NCBI RefSeq assembly: GCF_000175255.2
Contig: NC_017262.1
Coordinates: 1,020,001 to 1,052,000 of the forward strand
Source: Zymomonas mobilis subsp. mobilis ATCC 10988
GTDB taxonomy: Bacteria; Pseudomonadota; Alphaproteobacteria; Sphingomonadales; Sphingomonadaceae
Length of the DNA: 32,000 nt
Reading direction: 5' to 3'
Part shown: positions 8,065 through 19,275 of the stretch, piece after piece
Layout of the letters: each line of letters begins with the position of its first letter
How positions within the stretch are numbered: position 1 is the first letter of the stretch
The notes under the pieces: generated by a model
Databases searched by the model: none
The model's input: the letters and a program-made list of their open reading frames with translations, nothing else
What the model was told of the DNA's origin: nothing
Program-made: the position numbers and the translations under genes

Positions 8065-10101
8065 ATGAAGCTTTTGGTAACGCCAGAGTGGCTATATCGG
8101 AACCTCGCTAACCCAAGGTTACATGTTATTGATGCAGGGAGCTATCCGCCAGACGTCGATACCAAGGCTTATGATGAATATTGTAAGGCGCATATTCCGG
8201 GGGCGCTTTTTCTTGATAACCATCTTTTAAAAGATCAAAATGCACCCTTACCGCGCATGGTGCCAAGCCTCGAAAAAGTTGAATATGAATTCGGGCGGTT
8301 GGGATTAGATCCCGACGATATGATCGTTATTTACGATAATTTATCTTTACCTTCGGCTGCCAGAGCATGGTGGCTGTTTATGTTGCATGAATATCGTCAT
8401 GTGATGATTTTGGATGGCGGCTTCGCCCGTTGGAAAGCTGAGCGTTTGCCCGTTGAAAGCGGCGCGGCGATCGCGCCTTCTCCGATTATATTGCAGCTTT
8501 CTCGCAATGAAGCGCTCATTCGCACCCGTAATCAGGTAATGCATAATATCGCTTCCGGGCATGAAGTGGTTGTCGATGCCCGTGCGCCCAAAGTCTTTAG
8601 TGGCGAAGCTGTTGCCAATCCGGCACTTGCCCCCGGTCATATCCCGCATAGTCTTAATTTGCCTTATGAAGAAATGCTGGATGCCAATGGTTGCTGGAAA
8701 ACGCCGACGAAAATCGAGAAGGCTTTTGTCAGCAATCGGATAAATCTTGAGCAGCCTTTATTATTCACCTGTGGTGCAGGGCGAACGGCTCCAGCCTTGT
8801 TATTTGCTGCCCGTCTTTTAGGAAAAAGAGATGTATCCCTTTATGATGGGTCATGGGAAGAATGGGGCAGCGATCCTGATACACCCAAAGAAACGGGGCC
8901 TGCCTTCCGTGAATCGACCCGTCTGATAACAGCGGGTCGCCGTCGTGAATGGGTGCGCGGGAAAGGTGGGTCAGTTGTTAACCCACCTGTCTGGCGCGCT
9001 TCGACTATTCTGTTCGATTCTGTTGAAGATTTAAGAGAAGCCTCAAGCCATCCTGATGACCAGCTTTATTATGGTCGTCGTGGCACCCCGACCCAATGGG
9101 CATTGAGTGAGGCTTTGACAGAATTGCATCCCGGCGCAGAAGCGACGATGCTGTATCCATCAGGTGTGGCCGCTTTATCCATGGCTTTATTAAGTGCTTT
9201 GGAAGCCGGCGATGAGTTATTGATGGTTGATAGTTGTTATGAACCAACCCGCGTTTTTTGTGATACCGTTTTGAAAGCGCAGGGAATCAATGTCACTTAT
9301 TATGATCCGTTAATTGGGCAAGACATTGAACAGCTGTTTACCCCGCAGACACGGGCTATTTTTATGGAAAGCCCAGGAAGTCTGACCTTTGAAGTGCAAG
9401 ACATCCCCGGTATTTGCGAAGTTGCCCATCGCTATTCTATTACGACCATTCTTGATAATACTTGGGCTACGCCTTTATTCTTTCCTGCGATTGAGCGGGG
9501 CATTGATCTATCAGTGATGGCCTGCACCAAATATATTACGGGTCATTCTGATACGATGATGGGATCAGTGACAGCTATTCCTAGTCATATTGATAAATTA
9601 AAGCGGATTAGCAATCTATTCGGGCAATATGTCAGCCCAGATGACGCCAATTCTGCCCTTAAGGGGTTGAGGACTTTGGAAGTCAGGCTGAAAGCGCATG
9701 AGAAAAATGCCCTTAAAGTCGCCAAATGGTTGAGCGAACAGCCGGAAGTAGCTTGGGTATTACACCCAGCCTTGTCTTCTTGTCCGGGGCATGAATTCTG
9801 GCATCGGGATTTTAAAGGTTCATCCGGTTTGTTTAGCTTTGTCCTTGAAGGGGGCGATGACCGCGACCGCACGGCTTTGATTGATAGCCTTGAACATTTT
9901 GGTATCGGTTTTTCATGGGGCGGCTATGAAAGTTTAGCTTTGCCGGTTGATCCGCAGCCAATACGGACGGCGGCCAGTTGGCAGGCGGCTGGCCCTGTTG
10001 TCCGTTTACATATCGGTTTGGAAGATCCCGATGACCTGATTGAAGATCTGGCTTTTGGATTGAAACGCTTTAAGGCTTCGAGAGATCAATCCGGCTTTTA
10101 G
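8065..10101 (+). CDS. Fusion protein: N-terminal 3-mercaptopyruvate sulfurtransferase-like tandem rhodanese plus C-terminal cystathionine beta-lyase (Cys/Met metabolism PLP enzyme)
   Basis: N-terminal part: LLVTPEWLYRNLANPRLHVIDAGSYPP, HIPGALFLD, VVVDARAPKVFSGE, TCGAGRTAPALLFAARLLG. C-terminal part: NPPVWRASTILFDSVEDL, YGRRGTPTQWALSEAL, CTKYITGHSDTMMGS. One uninterrupted frame; the likely start is ATG 8065 within track ORF 7981..10101. Confidence 0.92.
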   Translation: MKLLVTPEWLYRNLANPRLHVIDAGSYPPDVDTKAYDEYCKAHIPGALFLDNHLLKDQNAPLPRMVPSLEKVEYEFGRLGLDPDDMIVIYDNLSLPSAARAWWLFMLHEYRHVMILDGGFARWKAERLPVESGAAIAPSPIILQLSRNEALIRTRNQVMHNIASGHEVVVDARAPKVFSGEAVANPALAPGHIPHSLNLPYEEMLDANGCWKTPTKIEKAFVSNRINLEQPLLFTCGAGRTAPALLFAARLLGKRDVSLYDGSWEEWGSDPDTPKETGPAFRESTRLITAGRRREWVRGKGGSVVNPPVWRASTILFDSVEDLREASSHPDDQLYYGRRGTPTQWALSEALTELHPGAEATMLYPSGVAALSMALLSALEAGDELLMVDSCYEPTRVFCDTVLKAQGINVTYYDPLIGQDIEQLFTPQTRAIFMESPGSLTFEVQDIPGICEVAHRYSITTILDNTWATPLFFPAIERGIDLSVMACTKYITGHSDTMMGSVTAIPSHIDKLKRISNLFGQYVSPDDANSALKGLRTLEVRLKAHEKNALKVAKWLSEQPEVAWVLHPALSSCPGHEFWHRDFKGSSGLFSFVLEGGDDRDRTALIDSLEHFGIGFSWGGYESLALPVDPQPIRTAASWQAAGPVVRLHIGLEDPDDLIEDLAFGLKRFKASRDQSGF

Positions 10102-10125
10102 CCCAAAATTCCCCTTAAAATATAG

Positions 10126-10161
10126 TTTCCGGCTTGTTATTCTTTAAAAACAAGCCGGAAA
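10126..10161 (+). promoter_or_regulatory. Perfect 13-bp inverted repeat downstream of the metC-like fusion / in efp leader
   Basis: TTTCCGGCTTGTT (10126-10138) and AACAAGCCGGAAA (10149-10161), 10-nt loop, no following T tract. Confidence 0.6.
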
Positions 10162-10256
10162 CAGGCTTTCCAACCTCTGACAGGATCGTTAGAGAGAAAA
10201 GCAATAAAGCCTGTTTTAGGTTTAATTTTTTCCTTTTTAGTAATCGCGAGACCGAC

Positions 10257-10820
10257 ATGAAAATCAGTGGCGTCGATATTCGGCCCGGCAATATTCTTGA
10301 ATATGAAGGTGGCCTGTGGCGGGCTGCGAAAATCCAGCACACCCAGCCCGGTAAGGGCGGGGCCTATATGCAGGTTGAAATGAAAAACCTGATTGACGGA
10401 CGGAAAACCAATGTCCGTTTCCGTTCGGCTGAAACCGTAGAGCGGGTACGTCTGGATACCAAAGATTTTCAATATCTGTTCGCCGATGGTGACATGCTGA
10501 CCTTTATGGACAAAGAAACCTATGAACAGATTTCTTTGCCGAAAGATTTGTTGGGTGATGCCGTCGCTTTCTTGCAGGACGGCATGGATGTCGTCATGGA
10601 ATTATATGAAGAAAAACCGATTTCGGTTCAGCTGCCTGAACAGGTAGAAGCCGAAATTGTTGAAGCCGATGCGGTGGTTAAAGGTCAGACGGCTTCTTCT
10701 TCCTATAAGCCTGCCATTTTGGATAACGGCGTTCGCGTGATGGTTCCGCCTCATATCACGGCTGGAACGCGGATTATCGTTGATGTGAACACCCAAGAAT
10801 ATGTGAAGCGGGCAGACTAA
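10257..10820 (+). CDS. efp: Translation elongation factor P
   Basis: [45 protein letters not shown]; internal ATG of track ORF 10134..10820 is the canonical start. Confidence 0.96.
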   Translation: MKISGVDIRPGNILEYEGGLWRAAKIQHTQPGKGGAYMQVEMKNLIDGRKTNVRFRSAETVERVRLDTKDFQYLFADGDMLTFMDKETYEQISLPKDLLGDAVAFLQDGMDVVMELYEEKPISVQLPEQVEAEIVEADAVVKGQTASSSYKPAILDNGVRVMVPPHITAGTRIIVDVNTQEYVKRAD

Positions 10821-11635
10821 TGGCAGCACCTGGTCTTATTTCTATTATGGAGCGCGCTGCACGTAAGGCAGCGCCGCTTCTGAGACGTGATTTCGGTGAA
10901 GTTCAGCATTTGCAGGTCAGCCGTAAAGGCCCCGCTGATTTCGTTTCGATCGCTGATAAGCGGTCGGAGAACACCATTTATGAAATCCTGAAACATGCCC
11001 GCCCCGATTGGGGTTTCTTGGGTGAAGAAACCGGCGCTATCCCAGGTGATCCGACCAAACCGCGTTGGATTGTTGATCCCTTGGATGGCACCTCTAACTT
11101 TCTTCATGCGATTCCGCATTTTGCTGTTTCGATTGCGGTTGAAGAACCGCGTCCCGATGGCACGGGTGAAATCACCCAAGCCTTGGTTTATCAGCCAATT
11201 ACCGACGAAAGTTTTTGGGCTGAAAAAGGCCGTGGGGCATGGTTGCATGACAGCCGTATTCGCGTTTCTTCCCGTCGTAATTTGAATGAAGCTTTGATCG
11301 CAACGGGTATTCCCTTTGCCGGTCATGGTAATTTCGATCAGTGGGAAGCTATTTTCCGCCAGATTTCACCAGAAGTCGCAGGCACCCGTCGTTTTGGTGC
11401 TGCCGCCCTTGATTTGGCATGGGTCGCGGCCGGTCGTTTCGACGCCTATTGGGAATCAGAGATTTATCCTTGGGATGTCGCTGCTGGTATGTTGTTGGTT
11501 CGCGAAGCGGGCGGTTTTGTAACCGATTTCCGTGGCGGTGATAAGCCAATTGAACGGCGCGAATTTTTGGCAGCCAATAGCGGTTTGCATTCTAAACTGC
11601 ATCGTTTGGTCGCAACGGCTTTAAAAAATATCTAA
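10820..11635 (+). CDS. suhB: Inositol monophosphatase family protein
   Basis: ADKRSE, GEETG, WIVDPLDGTSNFLHAIPHF, WDVAAGMLLVREAGG. Start ATG overlaps efp stop (TAATG). Confidence 0.92.
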   Translation: MAAPGLISIMERAARKAAPLLRRDFGEVQHLQVSRKGPADFVSIADKRSENTIYEILKHARPDWGFLGEETGAIPGDPTKPRWIVDPLDGTSNFLHAIPHFAVSIAVEEPRPDGTGEITQALVYQPITDESFWAEKGRGAWLHDSRIRVSSRRNLNEALIATGIPFAGHGNFDQWEAIFRQISPEVAGTRRFGAAALDLAWVAAGRFDAYWESEIYPWDVAAGMLLVREAGGFVTDFRGGDKPIERREFLAANSGLHSKLHRLVATALKNI

Positions 11636-11666
11636 AGGTAAAGGATTCTCTTTATCTTGAGAAAAG

Positions 11667-11704
11667 ACGGTAGCAGGGAAGGTTCTTTGCTGCCGTTTTT
11701 TTAT
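11667..11704 (+). terminator. Rho-independent terminator after suhB
   Basis: ACGGTAGCA / TGCTGCCGT (one G-U pair) followed by a T run. Confidence 0.85.
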
Positions 11705-12080
11705 TTTTTTATCTATTTTAAGAAATAAAGCCGAGTCGTCTGTTGCCTTTGTTTTTGGCTTTTTATCATTGCTTGAGCCTTGGCATTTCTTGCTGAAAAA
11801 CAAAATTTATGAAGTCGGGTTCCTGTCCAAAAGATAAAACGTGCTGACGACACGATAAAAGACATTTTTTTGTTATTCCCGAAATCACTAAAATCATCTT
11901 ATGATGCCAGTTATCATCTGAAAATCTTTTTCGAGCTTTTCGGGTAAAAGTTTTTCCCCATATTTTCGTAACACTTTGTCAATATTTTTGTGACAAATTT
12001 GGAAAATGTATCGGTTTATTCCCGCCTAATTTCAGGAGGAGAAACCGGACTGGCGTTATTGTAAGGATTGAGGTGGCGAA

Positions 12081-12677
12081 ATGAAAAGAAAGCTTGGTCG
12101 TCGCCAGTTATTAACTGGCTTTGTTGCCCTTGGCGGTATGGCGATTACAGCTGGTAAGGCGCAGGCTTCTTTACATCAGCCGGGATCTGATTTTCTTCAT
12201 TGGGGTAATGTCAAAGAAAAGCGGTTAGCTTTTCGGAATGTTCATACAAATGAACGCATTGATGCCCGTTTCTTTGGTAAACATGGTTATGATGATGAAG
12301 GACTGGCCGAAATCAATCACGCTTTAAGAGATTGGCGAACCGGTGATATTACCGAAGTCGATACCGATCTTTTAAATTTGTTGGTTAAAATTCGCGACCG
12401 TCTAGACATCTCTGCTAACCAGCCTTTTGATCTTATTTGCGGTTATCGTTCTCCCATCACAAATCGTCGTTTGCATGAGCGTCGTGGACGCCATAGCGGC
12501 GTTGCTGTCCATAGTCAGCATTTATTGGGTAAAGCGACCGATATTGCTATGCCGGGGGTTTCTTTGAACCATCTGCGTATGGCCGCCGAATTCGATCAGC
12601 AAGGGGGTGTCGGCTATTATCCCGAAGATGGTTTTATCCATGTTGATACGGGACCTGTTCGGAGTTGGATGGGCTAA
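12081..12677 (+). CDS. Tat-exported DUF882 / YcbK-like (peptidase M15-type) protein
   Basis: Twin-arginine leader MKRKLGRRQLLTGFVALGGMAITAGKA; CGYRSPITNRRLHERRGRHSGVAVHSQHLLGKATDIAMPG...GGVGYYPEDGFIHVDTGPVRSW. Confidence 0.9.
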   Translation: MKRKLGRRQLLTGFVALGGMAITAGKAQASLHQPGSDFLHWGNVKEKRLAFRNVHTNERIDARFFGKHGYDDEGLAEINHALRDWRTGDITEVDTDLLNLLVKIRDRLDISANQPFDLICGYRSPITNRRLHERRGRHSGVAVHSQHLLGKATDIAMPGVSLNHLRMAAEFDQQGGVGYYPEDGFIHVDTGPVRSWMG

Positions 12678-12700
12678 TTCCTGAAATATAGCCTATAATA

Positions 12701-12731
12701 AAGCCTGAGTGTAAAAACTCAGGCTTTTTTT
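12701..12731 (+). terminator. Rho-independent terminator between convergent DUF882 gene and thiE
   Basis: AAGCCTGAGT-GTAAAA-ACTCAGGCTT followed by a T run. Confidence 0.9.
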
Positions 12732-12741
12732 GTTTTTCATT

Positions 12742-13458
12742 TTAAGCGATTTCGCCTTTGACCGCCTGATCGAGCACTGTATTGAAATGGGCAACCGCTT
12801 TGTCTTCGCCTTCTTTCGCTTTCCAAATACCGGCGCAGACGGCGACAAAATCAGCACCAGCTTTGACGATAGGCGCTACATTCTCGGTTGTGATGCCTCC
12901 AATAGCGACAGAAGGCAGTTCAAAAAGAGTTGCCCACCATGACAGAATTTCAGGACGCGCATAGTAGCGGACATCTTTGCTGGTCGTCGGGTAAAATGCC
13001 CCAAAAGCGACATAATCTGCCCCTTTTTCACCGGCAATCATCGCGAGATGACGGCTATTGTGACAGGTAACCCCGATTTGTGCCGAAGGTCCCAGAATGA
13101 CACGAGCTTCAGCGGCATCACCGTCACCTTGCCCCAGATGAACCCCGTCGGCACCCAGCCTTTTGGCGAGAGAAACGCTATCATTGACGATAAAGGCAAC
13201 ATCTCTATCGGCACATACCTTTTGTAGAGGTTCAGCCAGTCGGGCGATGGCATGTTCATTTAGACCTTTTAATCGGAGTTGAAAGGCCGAAACATCGCCT
13301 CCGTCAAAGGCTTTTTTTAATCTTTCAACGAAATGCTCATCTATTTCCGGCGGAGAAATAAGATAGAGGCCGCAGGGATTCTCAGATGGCCGTTGATAAT
13401 TATTAGTGAAGGCATCCAGTGCTTCATCATTATCGGTCAAAATTTCATTTTCTGCCAT
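12742..13458 (-). CDS. thiE: Thiamine-phosphate synthase family protein
   Basis: FQLRLKG, FIVNDSVSLAKRLGADGVHLGQGD, GVTCHNSRHLAMIAGEKGADYVAFGAFYPTTSK, VAIGGITTENVAPIVKAGADFVAVCAGIW. Confidence 0.9.
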   Translation of the reverse strand: MAENEILTDNDEALDAFTNNYQRPSENPCGLYLISPPEIDEHFVERLKKAFDGGDVSAFQLRLKGLNEHAIARLAEPLQKVCADRDVAFIVNDSVSLAKRLGADGVHLGQGDGDAAEARVILGPSAQIGVTCHNSRHLAMIAGEKGADYVAFGAFYPTTSKDVRYYARPEILSWWATLFELPSVAIGGITTENVAPIVKAGADFVAVCAGIWKAKEGEDKAVAHFNTVLDQAVKGEIA

Positions 13459-13846
13459 TATGCTTCCTTTGTGCCATATATCGGCCTTGCTTGATGATAG
13501 CTTTTAGCAAAATAATCACCGGTTGCGCAGTATTTAAAGCATTATTTCGCTATCGACCTTCTATCTTTTGTTGCAAATTAGCGGTTGCGATACCGCCTGA
13601 CATAGCTATTTACGGGAATGATTATAATCCTTGTCATAAGGCCTTATAAACAAGAGCATTATAACCGTGATGATAGTGTTTAAATACTTTTGAAATTTTA
13701 TTATCTGGACAATACTTTATACCCTGTCCCTTTTGATTATCGGTATTTTCTGTTTCGCCGTAATAATGAATATGTTTTGAGGGGGCTATCTGTCCTGATA
13801 GGAAAAGCACGAACCGGAAAAGCGCAAGAGGAAAGGCCGAAATATA

Positions 13847-14632
13847 ATGTCAGCTAAAAACGCTTATTTCATCGTTTTTGCGAATGAGAAGGGGGGCTCG
13901 GGAAAGTCAACGACAGCGGTTCATGTCGCGGTGGCGTTGAGCGCTAAAGGCCTGAAAGTGGCGGCTGTTGATCTTGATACACGTCAGCGGACTTTTGCCC
14001 GTTATATGGAAAATCGTGTCGAAAGCGTAAAGCGGATTGGCATGGATTTGCCGACCCCTGAGACGAAAGTTTTTGATCCCGACAGCGGGGACGACCTGAA
14101 TCTTTTGCTGGATGAGCTTTCCCAGAATTATGATTTTGTTATTGTTGATACGCCAGGACGTCATTCTTCCGATATCCGCTCGGCACTTGAAAGAGCGGAT
14201 AGTTTGGTAACGCCTATCAATGATAGCTTTGTCGACCTTGATCTGATTGGTCAGGTTGATCCTGAAAGTTATCATATCAAACGTCCCAGCTTTTATGCAG
14301 AATTGGTTTGGGAAGCGCGGAAAGCTCGCGGAAAACGCGACGGCAAAACGGTTGACTGGATTGTGTTAAGAAATCGGCTTCAGCATTTGGAAGCGCGGAA
14401 TATGCGCCATGTCGCTTCTGCTATGACTGAATTATCGAAGCGCGTTGGTTTCCGTATTATTTCAGGATTGAGCGAGCGAGTTATTTATCGTGAGCTGTTC
14501 TTAAAAGGTTTAACGCTGTTAGATGTTAAGGCTTTGGGTCGTGCCGGATTGGGGCATGTGGCAGCCAGACAGGAATTAAGAGACTTGATTGCAGGCTTGA
14601 AATTATCAATCCCAGATCCGAAAAAAGCCTGA
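13847..14632 (+). CDS. ParA-family ATPase, MipZ-like division-plane positioning protein
   Basis: ANEKGGSGKSTTAVHVAVAL (deviant Walker A), AAVDLDTRQRTFARYMENR, VIVDTPGRHS, NDSFVDLDLIGQVDPE resembles alphaproteobacterial MipZ. Confidence 0.9.
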   Translation: MSAKNAYFIVFANEKGGSGKSTTAVHVAVALSAKGLKVAAVDLDTRQRTFARYMENRVESVKRIGMDLPTPETKVFDPDSGDDLNLLLDELSQNYDFVIVDTPGRHSSDIRSALERADSLVTPINDSFVDLDLIGQVDPESYHIKRPSFYAELVWEARKARGKRDGKTVDWIVLRNRLQHLEARNMRHVASAMTELSKRVGFRIISGLSERVIYRELFLKGLTLLDVKALGRAGLGHVAARQELRDLIAGLKLSIPDPKKA

Positions 14633-14728
14633 TGGGTGTGGGTTGGTAAAGATAATTTTAAGATATCGGATGGTAATCAAGAATAACAAAGATATTTTTT
14701 GGCCAGATGGGAGCATGGCTTTAATTTC

Positions 14729-15403
14729 ATGCAGATTTTAACGCTATTAGCTTTGGCCTTGGCCTTGTGGAGTTGGTGCCGTCCGGTGGCAGCCGCTCTT
14801 CGTATTGGTGATTTAGCGGCCTTAATCGCTGGTCTTGGGGGCTTTTCATTGCTGGTAAAGGGGGAGGTGATCCCTGCGGTTATCGCCATCCTTGGCGCTT
14901 CGATCTGGTTTTTAAAACGGCAGAATCATGCTTCTGTGGCAAAAGATCGCGCCAAAAAATATCAGAATTTTCGGGATTCTTTTGCATCTGCTTATAGCAC
15001 ACGTCGGAAGAAAGAGAGCTTTAAGCCTTATAGTCCTTCTAAAAAGCCGGAGAATGATACCGCAAGCCGTTTTCAGAACACCGCCTCCCCAAAAAGCGGA
15101 GCGGCTTATTCTACCAGCAGGGGAAAGCCTTATCCTTCGGCACAAAAGGCAACAGTGGCTCCACCTTCTAAAGCGGACAAACGCGCCGATATCATCAATC
15201 GTATTCAGAAAATCGGTATCCCACAAAATAGAAGTGATGCTTTGAAATTATTGGGCTTGAACGAACAAGCTGACAAAATTTCTATTAAAAAATCCTATCA
15301 TCAGTTGATTGCTTTGGTTCACCCCGATGCCGGAGGAAGCGAAGAATGGGCGCGGCATGTCAATATTGCCCGCGATATCCTGTTAAAATTCAATGCAGGT
15401 TAA
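14729..15403 (+). CDS. Membrane-anchored protein with C-terminal J domain
   Basis: N-terminal hydrophobic segments; C-terminus ALKLLGLNEQADKISIKKSYHQLIALVHPDAGGSEEWARHVNIARDIL with HPD motif. ATG 14729 preferred over TTG 14699. Confidence 0.82.
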   Translation: MQILTLLALALALWSWCRPVAAALRIGDLAALIAGLGGFSLLVKGEVIPAVIAILGASIWFLKRQNHASVAKDRAKKYQNFRDSFASAYSTRRKKESFKPYSPSKKPENDTASRFQNTASPKSGAAYSTSRGKPYPSAQKATVAPPSKADKRADIINRIQKIGIPQNRSDALKLLGLNEQADKISIKKSYHQLIALVHPDAGGSEEWARHVNIARDILLKFNAG

Positions 15404-15543
15404 CGATATTCATTTTAAAAAAAACAAGAAATTCTTTGATAAAAAAAGGATGCCTTTGATTTATTGGGCTTTTTCGGGCAGCTTTTCTTTTCTTGCTGCG
15501 TTATAGCCATCATACAATAGGATTTTCCTGATAGGAGCTTTTA

Positions 15544-16923
15544 ATGTCCCATAAATTTGATCCTACCGTACTGCGTGAATATGATATTCGCGGTATTGTC
15601 GGAGAAACGCTTTCCCCTGATGATGCTTATGCCATTGGTCGAGGATTCGCGACCCGTTTGCGGCGGGCTGGTGGTCGTCGGATTGCGGTGGGATATGATG
15701 GCCGCACCTCTTCTCCGGCTTTAAAAGATGCCTTGATTAAAGGGTTGACCGAAGCGGGTGTTGATGTCGTCAATATCGGTTTGGCTTCGACCCCTATGCT
15801 GTATTTTGCCGAAGCAACCTTGGATGTTGATGGTGGTATCCAGATTACGGGTAGCCATAATCCGGCAGAATATAATGGCTTCAAAATGGTCTTGAAGCAT
15901 AATTCTTTCTTTGGAAAAGATATCCGCGATATTGGTGAGCTGGCCGCTAAAAGTGACTGGGAAGAAGGCAAGGGCAGTGTCGAAACCGCCGATATTATGG
16001 ATGCCTATGTTGACCGTTTGGCACAGGGCTATGAAGGCGGCGAATATCGCATTGGTTGGGATGCCGGTAATGGTGTCGGCGGCCCTGTTCTTGAGAAGCT
16101 GATTAAAAAATTACCGGGTGAGCATCACGTTATTTATACGGATGTTGATGGTCGTTTCCCGAACCATCATCCCGACCCAACGGTTGAATCCAACCTTGCT
16201 GACCTGAAAGCCTTGGTCAAAAAAGAAAAACTTGATTTTGGTTTTGCCTTTGACGGCGATGCTGATCGCATCGGAGCCGTCGATAGTGAAGGACATGTGA
16301 TCTGGGGTGACCAGATTTTGGCTATCCTTTCTGCGCCCGTTCTGAAGCGTCATCCCGGCGGCACCATCATTGCCGATGTGAAAGCCAGTCAGGCTTTGTT
16401 TGATCGGGTAGCTGAATTGGGTGGTAAACCCTTGATGGGACGCACGGGTCATTCTTTGATTAAAACTTTGATGAAAGAAACCCATTCACCTTTGGCTGGT
16501 GAAATGAGCGGCCATATTTTCTTTGCCGATCAGTGGTTCGGTTTTGATGACGGTATCTATGCCGCGGTGCGGATGATCGGGGCTGTCCATCAGATGGGTG
16601 GTTCTTTGACTCAAATCCGTAAAGATATGCCGAAAATGGTCAATACACCGGAATTACGCTTTCAGGCTTCTGAAACCCGCAAATTCCAAGTAATTGGCGA
16701 AGTGCTGGGGCGTTTGACCGCTGCCGATGCCAAGATCAACACAATTGATGGTGTCCGCGTTACTAATGATGATGGTTGGTGGCTGTTGCGGGCTTCCAAT
16801 ACCCAAGATGTTCTGGTCGCTCGTGCTGAAGGACGCGATCAGGCGGCTTTGGATCGTTTGGTCAGCCAGCTGAATGACCAGCTGAAACAATCTGGGATTG
16901 AGCCGGTCACAACGACCCATTGA
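15544..16923 (+). CDS. Phosphomannomutase / phosphoglucomutase
   Basis: REYDIRGIVGETL, GIQITGSHNPAEYNGFKMVL (phosphoserine loop), FDGDADRIGAVDSEG, GEMSGHIFF. Confidence 0.95.
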   Translation: MSHKFDPTVLREYDIRGIVGETLSPDDAYAIGRGFATRLRRAGGRRIAVGYDGRTSSPALKDALIKGLTEAGVDVVNIGLASTPMLYFAEATLDVDGGIQITGSHNPAEYNGFKMVLKHNSFFGKDIRDIGELAAKSDWEEGKGSVETADIMDAYVDRLAQGYEGGEYRIGWDAGNGVGGPVLEKLIKKLPGEHHVIYTDVDGRFPNHHPDPTVESNLADLKALVKKEKLDFGFAFDGDADRIGAVDSEGHVIWGDQILAILSAPVLKRHPGGTIIADVKASQALFDRVAELGGKPLMGRTGHSLIKTLMKETHSPLAGEMSGHIFFADQWFGFDDGIYAAVRMIGAVHQMGGSLTQIRKDMPKMVNTPELRFQASETRKFQVIGEVLGRLTAADAKINTIDGVRVTNDDGWWLLRASNTQDVLVARAEGRDQAALDRLVSQLNDQLKQSGIEPVTTTH

Positions 16924-16947
16924 TTTTGATGAATGTCTAAAAGAAAG

Positions 16948-16976
16948 AGGCAGCCATTTATCTGGCTGCCTTTTTT
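16948..16976 (+). terminator. Rho-independent terminator after phosphomannomutase
   Basis: AGGCAGCC-loop-GGCTGCCT followed by T run. Confidence 0.9.
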
Positions 16977-17109
16977 ATAAAGGGATTAAGCTTGCTCAAA
17001 TTTTTTCAGAATTAGAAAATAGCCTATATTTGGGAGCTGTTCTTAATTGATGCAGTCTTATTTTGGGTTAGATTGAGATCAGAAAAATCTAAGAGCCTGG
17101 AGAGATGTC

Positions 17110-17889
17110 ATGCCACGTTTGAAGAATAAAATATGTGTCGTGACGGGTGCTGCGCGTGGTATCGGGTGGGCTATTGCTGCTGCTTTTCAGCATGAGGGTG
17201 CCAAAGTTATTGTGACTGATATAGATGAAGTCACAGGTAAAAAGACAGCGGCTGAAATCGGCGGGCAATTTCAAAAGCTGGATGTCCGCGAAGAAAAAGA
17301 CTGGCAAAATTTGGCAGAGATAGTGCCTGTTGTCGATGTCGTGGTCAACAACGCCGGAATAACAGGTTTTGAGAATGGAGCTGTTGCCCATGATCCAGAA
17401 CATGCCACTTTAGAAGATTGGAGAGCTGTCCATCGGGTTAATCTGGATGGATGTTTTCTGGGTTGCCGTTATGCGATTGCGGCGATGAAGAACAAGGGAA
17501 CGGGATCAATTATCAATATTTCTTCCCGTTCGGGGTTAGTCGGAATTCCCCTAGCCGCCGCTTATGCTTCATCAAAAGCCGCTATTCGTAACCACAGTAA
17601 AAGCGTCGCCCTTTATTGCGCCCAGCAAGGCTGGAAAATTCGCTGTAATGCGATTAATCCGGCCGCTATTTTGACTTCGATATGGGAGCCTATGCTGGGG
17701 GATGGGGACGACCGCGAAAAGAGAATGCAAGCTCTAGTCGCCGATACGCCTCTAAAACGATTTGGACTGCCAGAAGAGGTGGCGGCTGTTGCGGTTATGC
17801 TTGCTTCGGATGAGGCTACTTACATGACTGGGGCTGAATTCAATATTGATGGCGGGTTATTGGCTGGTTCTGCTGCAACTCCGAAATAG
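17110..17889 (+). CDS. SDR family oxidoreductase
   Basis: [51 protein letters not shown]. Confidence 0.95.
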   Translation: MPRLKNKICVVTGAARGIGWAIAAAFQHEGAKVIVTDIDEVTGKKTAAEIGGQFQKLDVREEKDWQNLAEIVPVVDVVVNNAGITGFENGAVAHDPEHATLEDWRAVHRVNLDGCFLGCRYAIAAMKNKGTGSIINISSRSGLVGIPLAAAYASSKAAIRNHSKSVALYCAQQGWKIRCNAINPAAILTSIWEPMLGDGDDREKRMQALVADTPLKRFGLPEEVAAVAVMLASDEATYMTGAEFNIDGGLLAGSAATPK

Positions 17890-17897
17890 CACCAATA

Positions 17898-17928
17898 AAA
17901 AAGCCCGATTTTATCAATCGGGCTTTTT
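17898..17928. terminator. Bidirectional terminator between convergent genes
   Basis: AAGCCCGAT (17901-17909) / ATCGGGCTT (17917-17925), A-run upstream and T-run downstream. Confidence 0.88.
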
Positions 17929-17950
17929 ATTGTGGATGGAATCGACGCTT

Positions 17951-19222
<1,272 letters not shown>

Positions 19223-19275
19223 TCAGGTAAGAAAGCAAAATATATCTTTTACTTTACTGGCCATGGCGGCGGTTT

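Noticed and set aside
10817-11326. 169-aa minus-strand ORF
   Set aside because: Antisense to the inositol monophosphatase gene, whose catalytic motifs are intact.
12685-12735. Possible small repeat element near thiE
   Set aside because: It is a plain rho-independent terminator (AAGCCTGAGT/ACTCAGGCTT plus T run) at a convergent junction; no second copy noticed.
13419-13649. 76-aa plus-strand ORF between thiE and the MipZ-like gene
   Set aside because: Overlaps the thiE start, is Cys/Phe-rich without a domain or clear RBS; more likely promoter and intergenic sequence.
13459-13846. Possible TPP riboswitch upstream of thiE (minus strand)
   Set aside because: No THI-box core (CTGAGA ... ACCTGA) was found by eye in the upstream region.
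13907-14275. 122-aa minus-strand ORF
   Set aside because: Antisense to the ParA/MipZ-like gene with intact Walker motifs.
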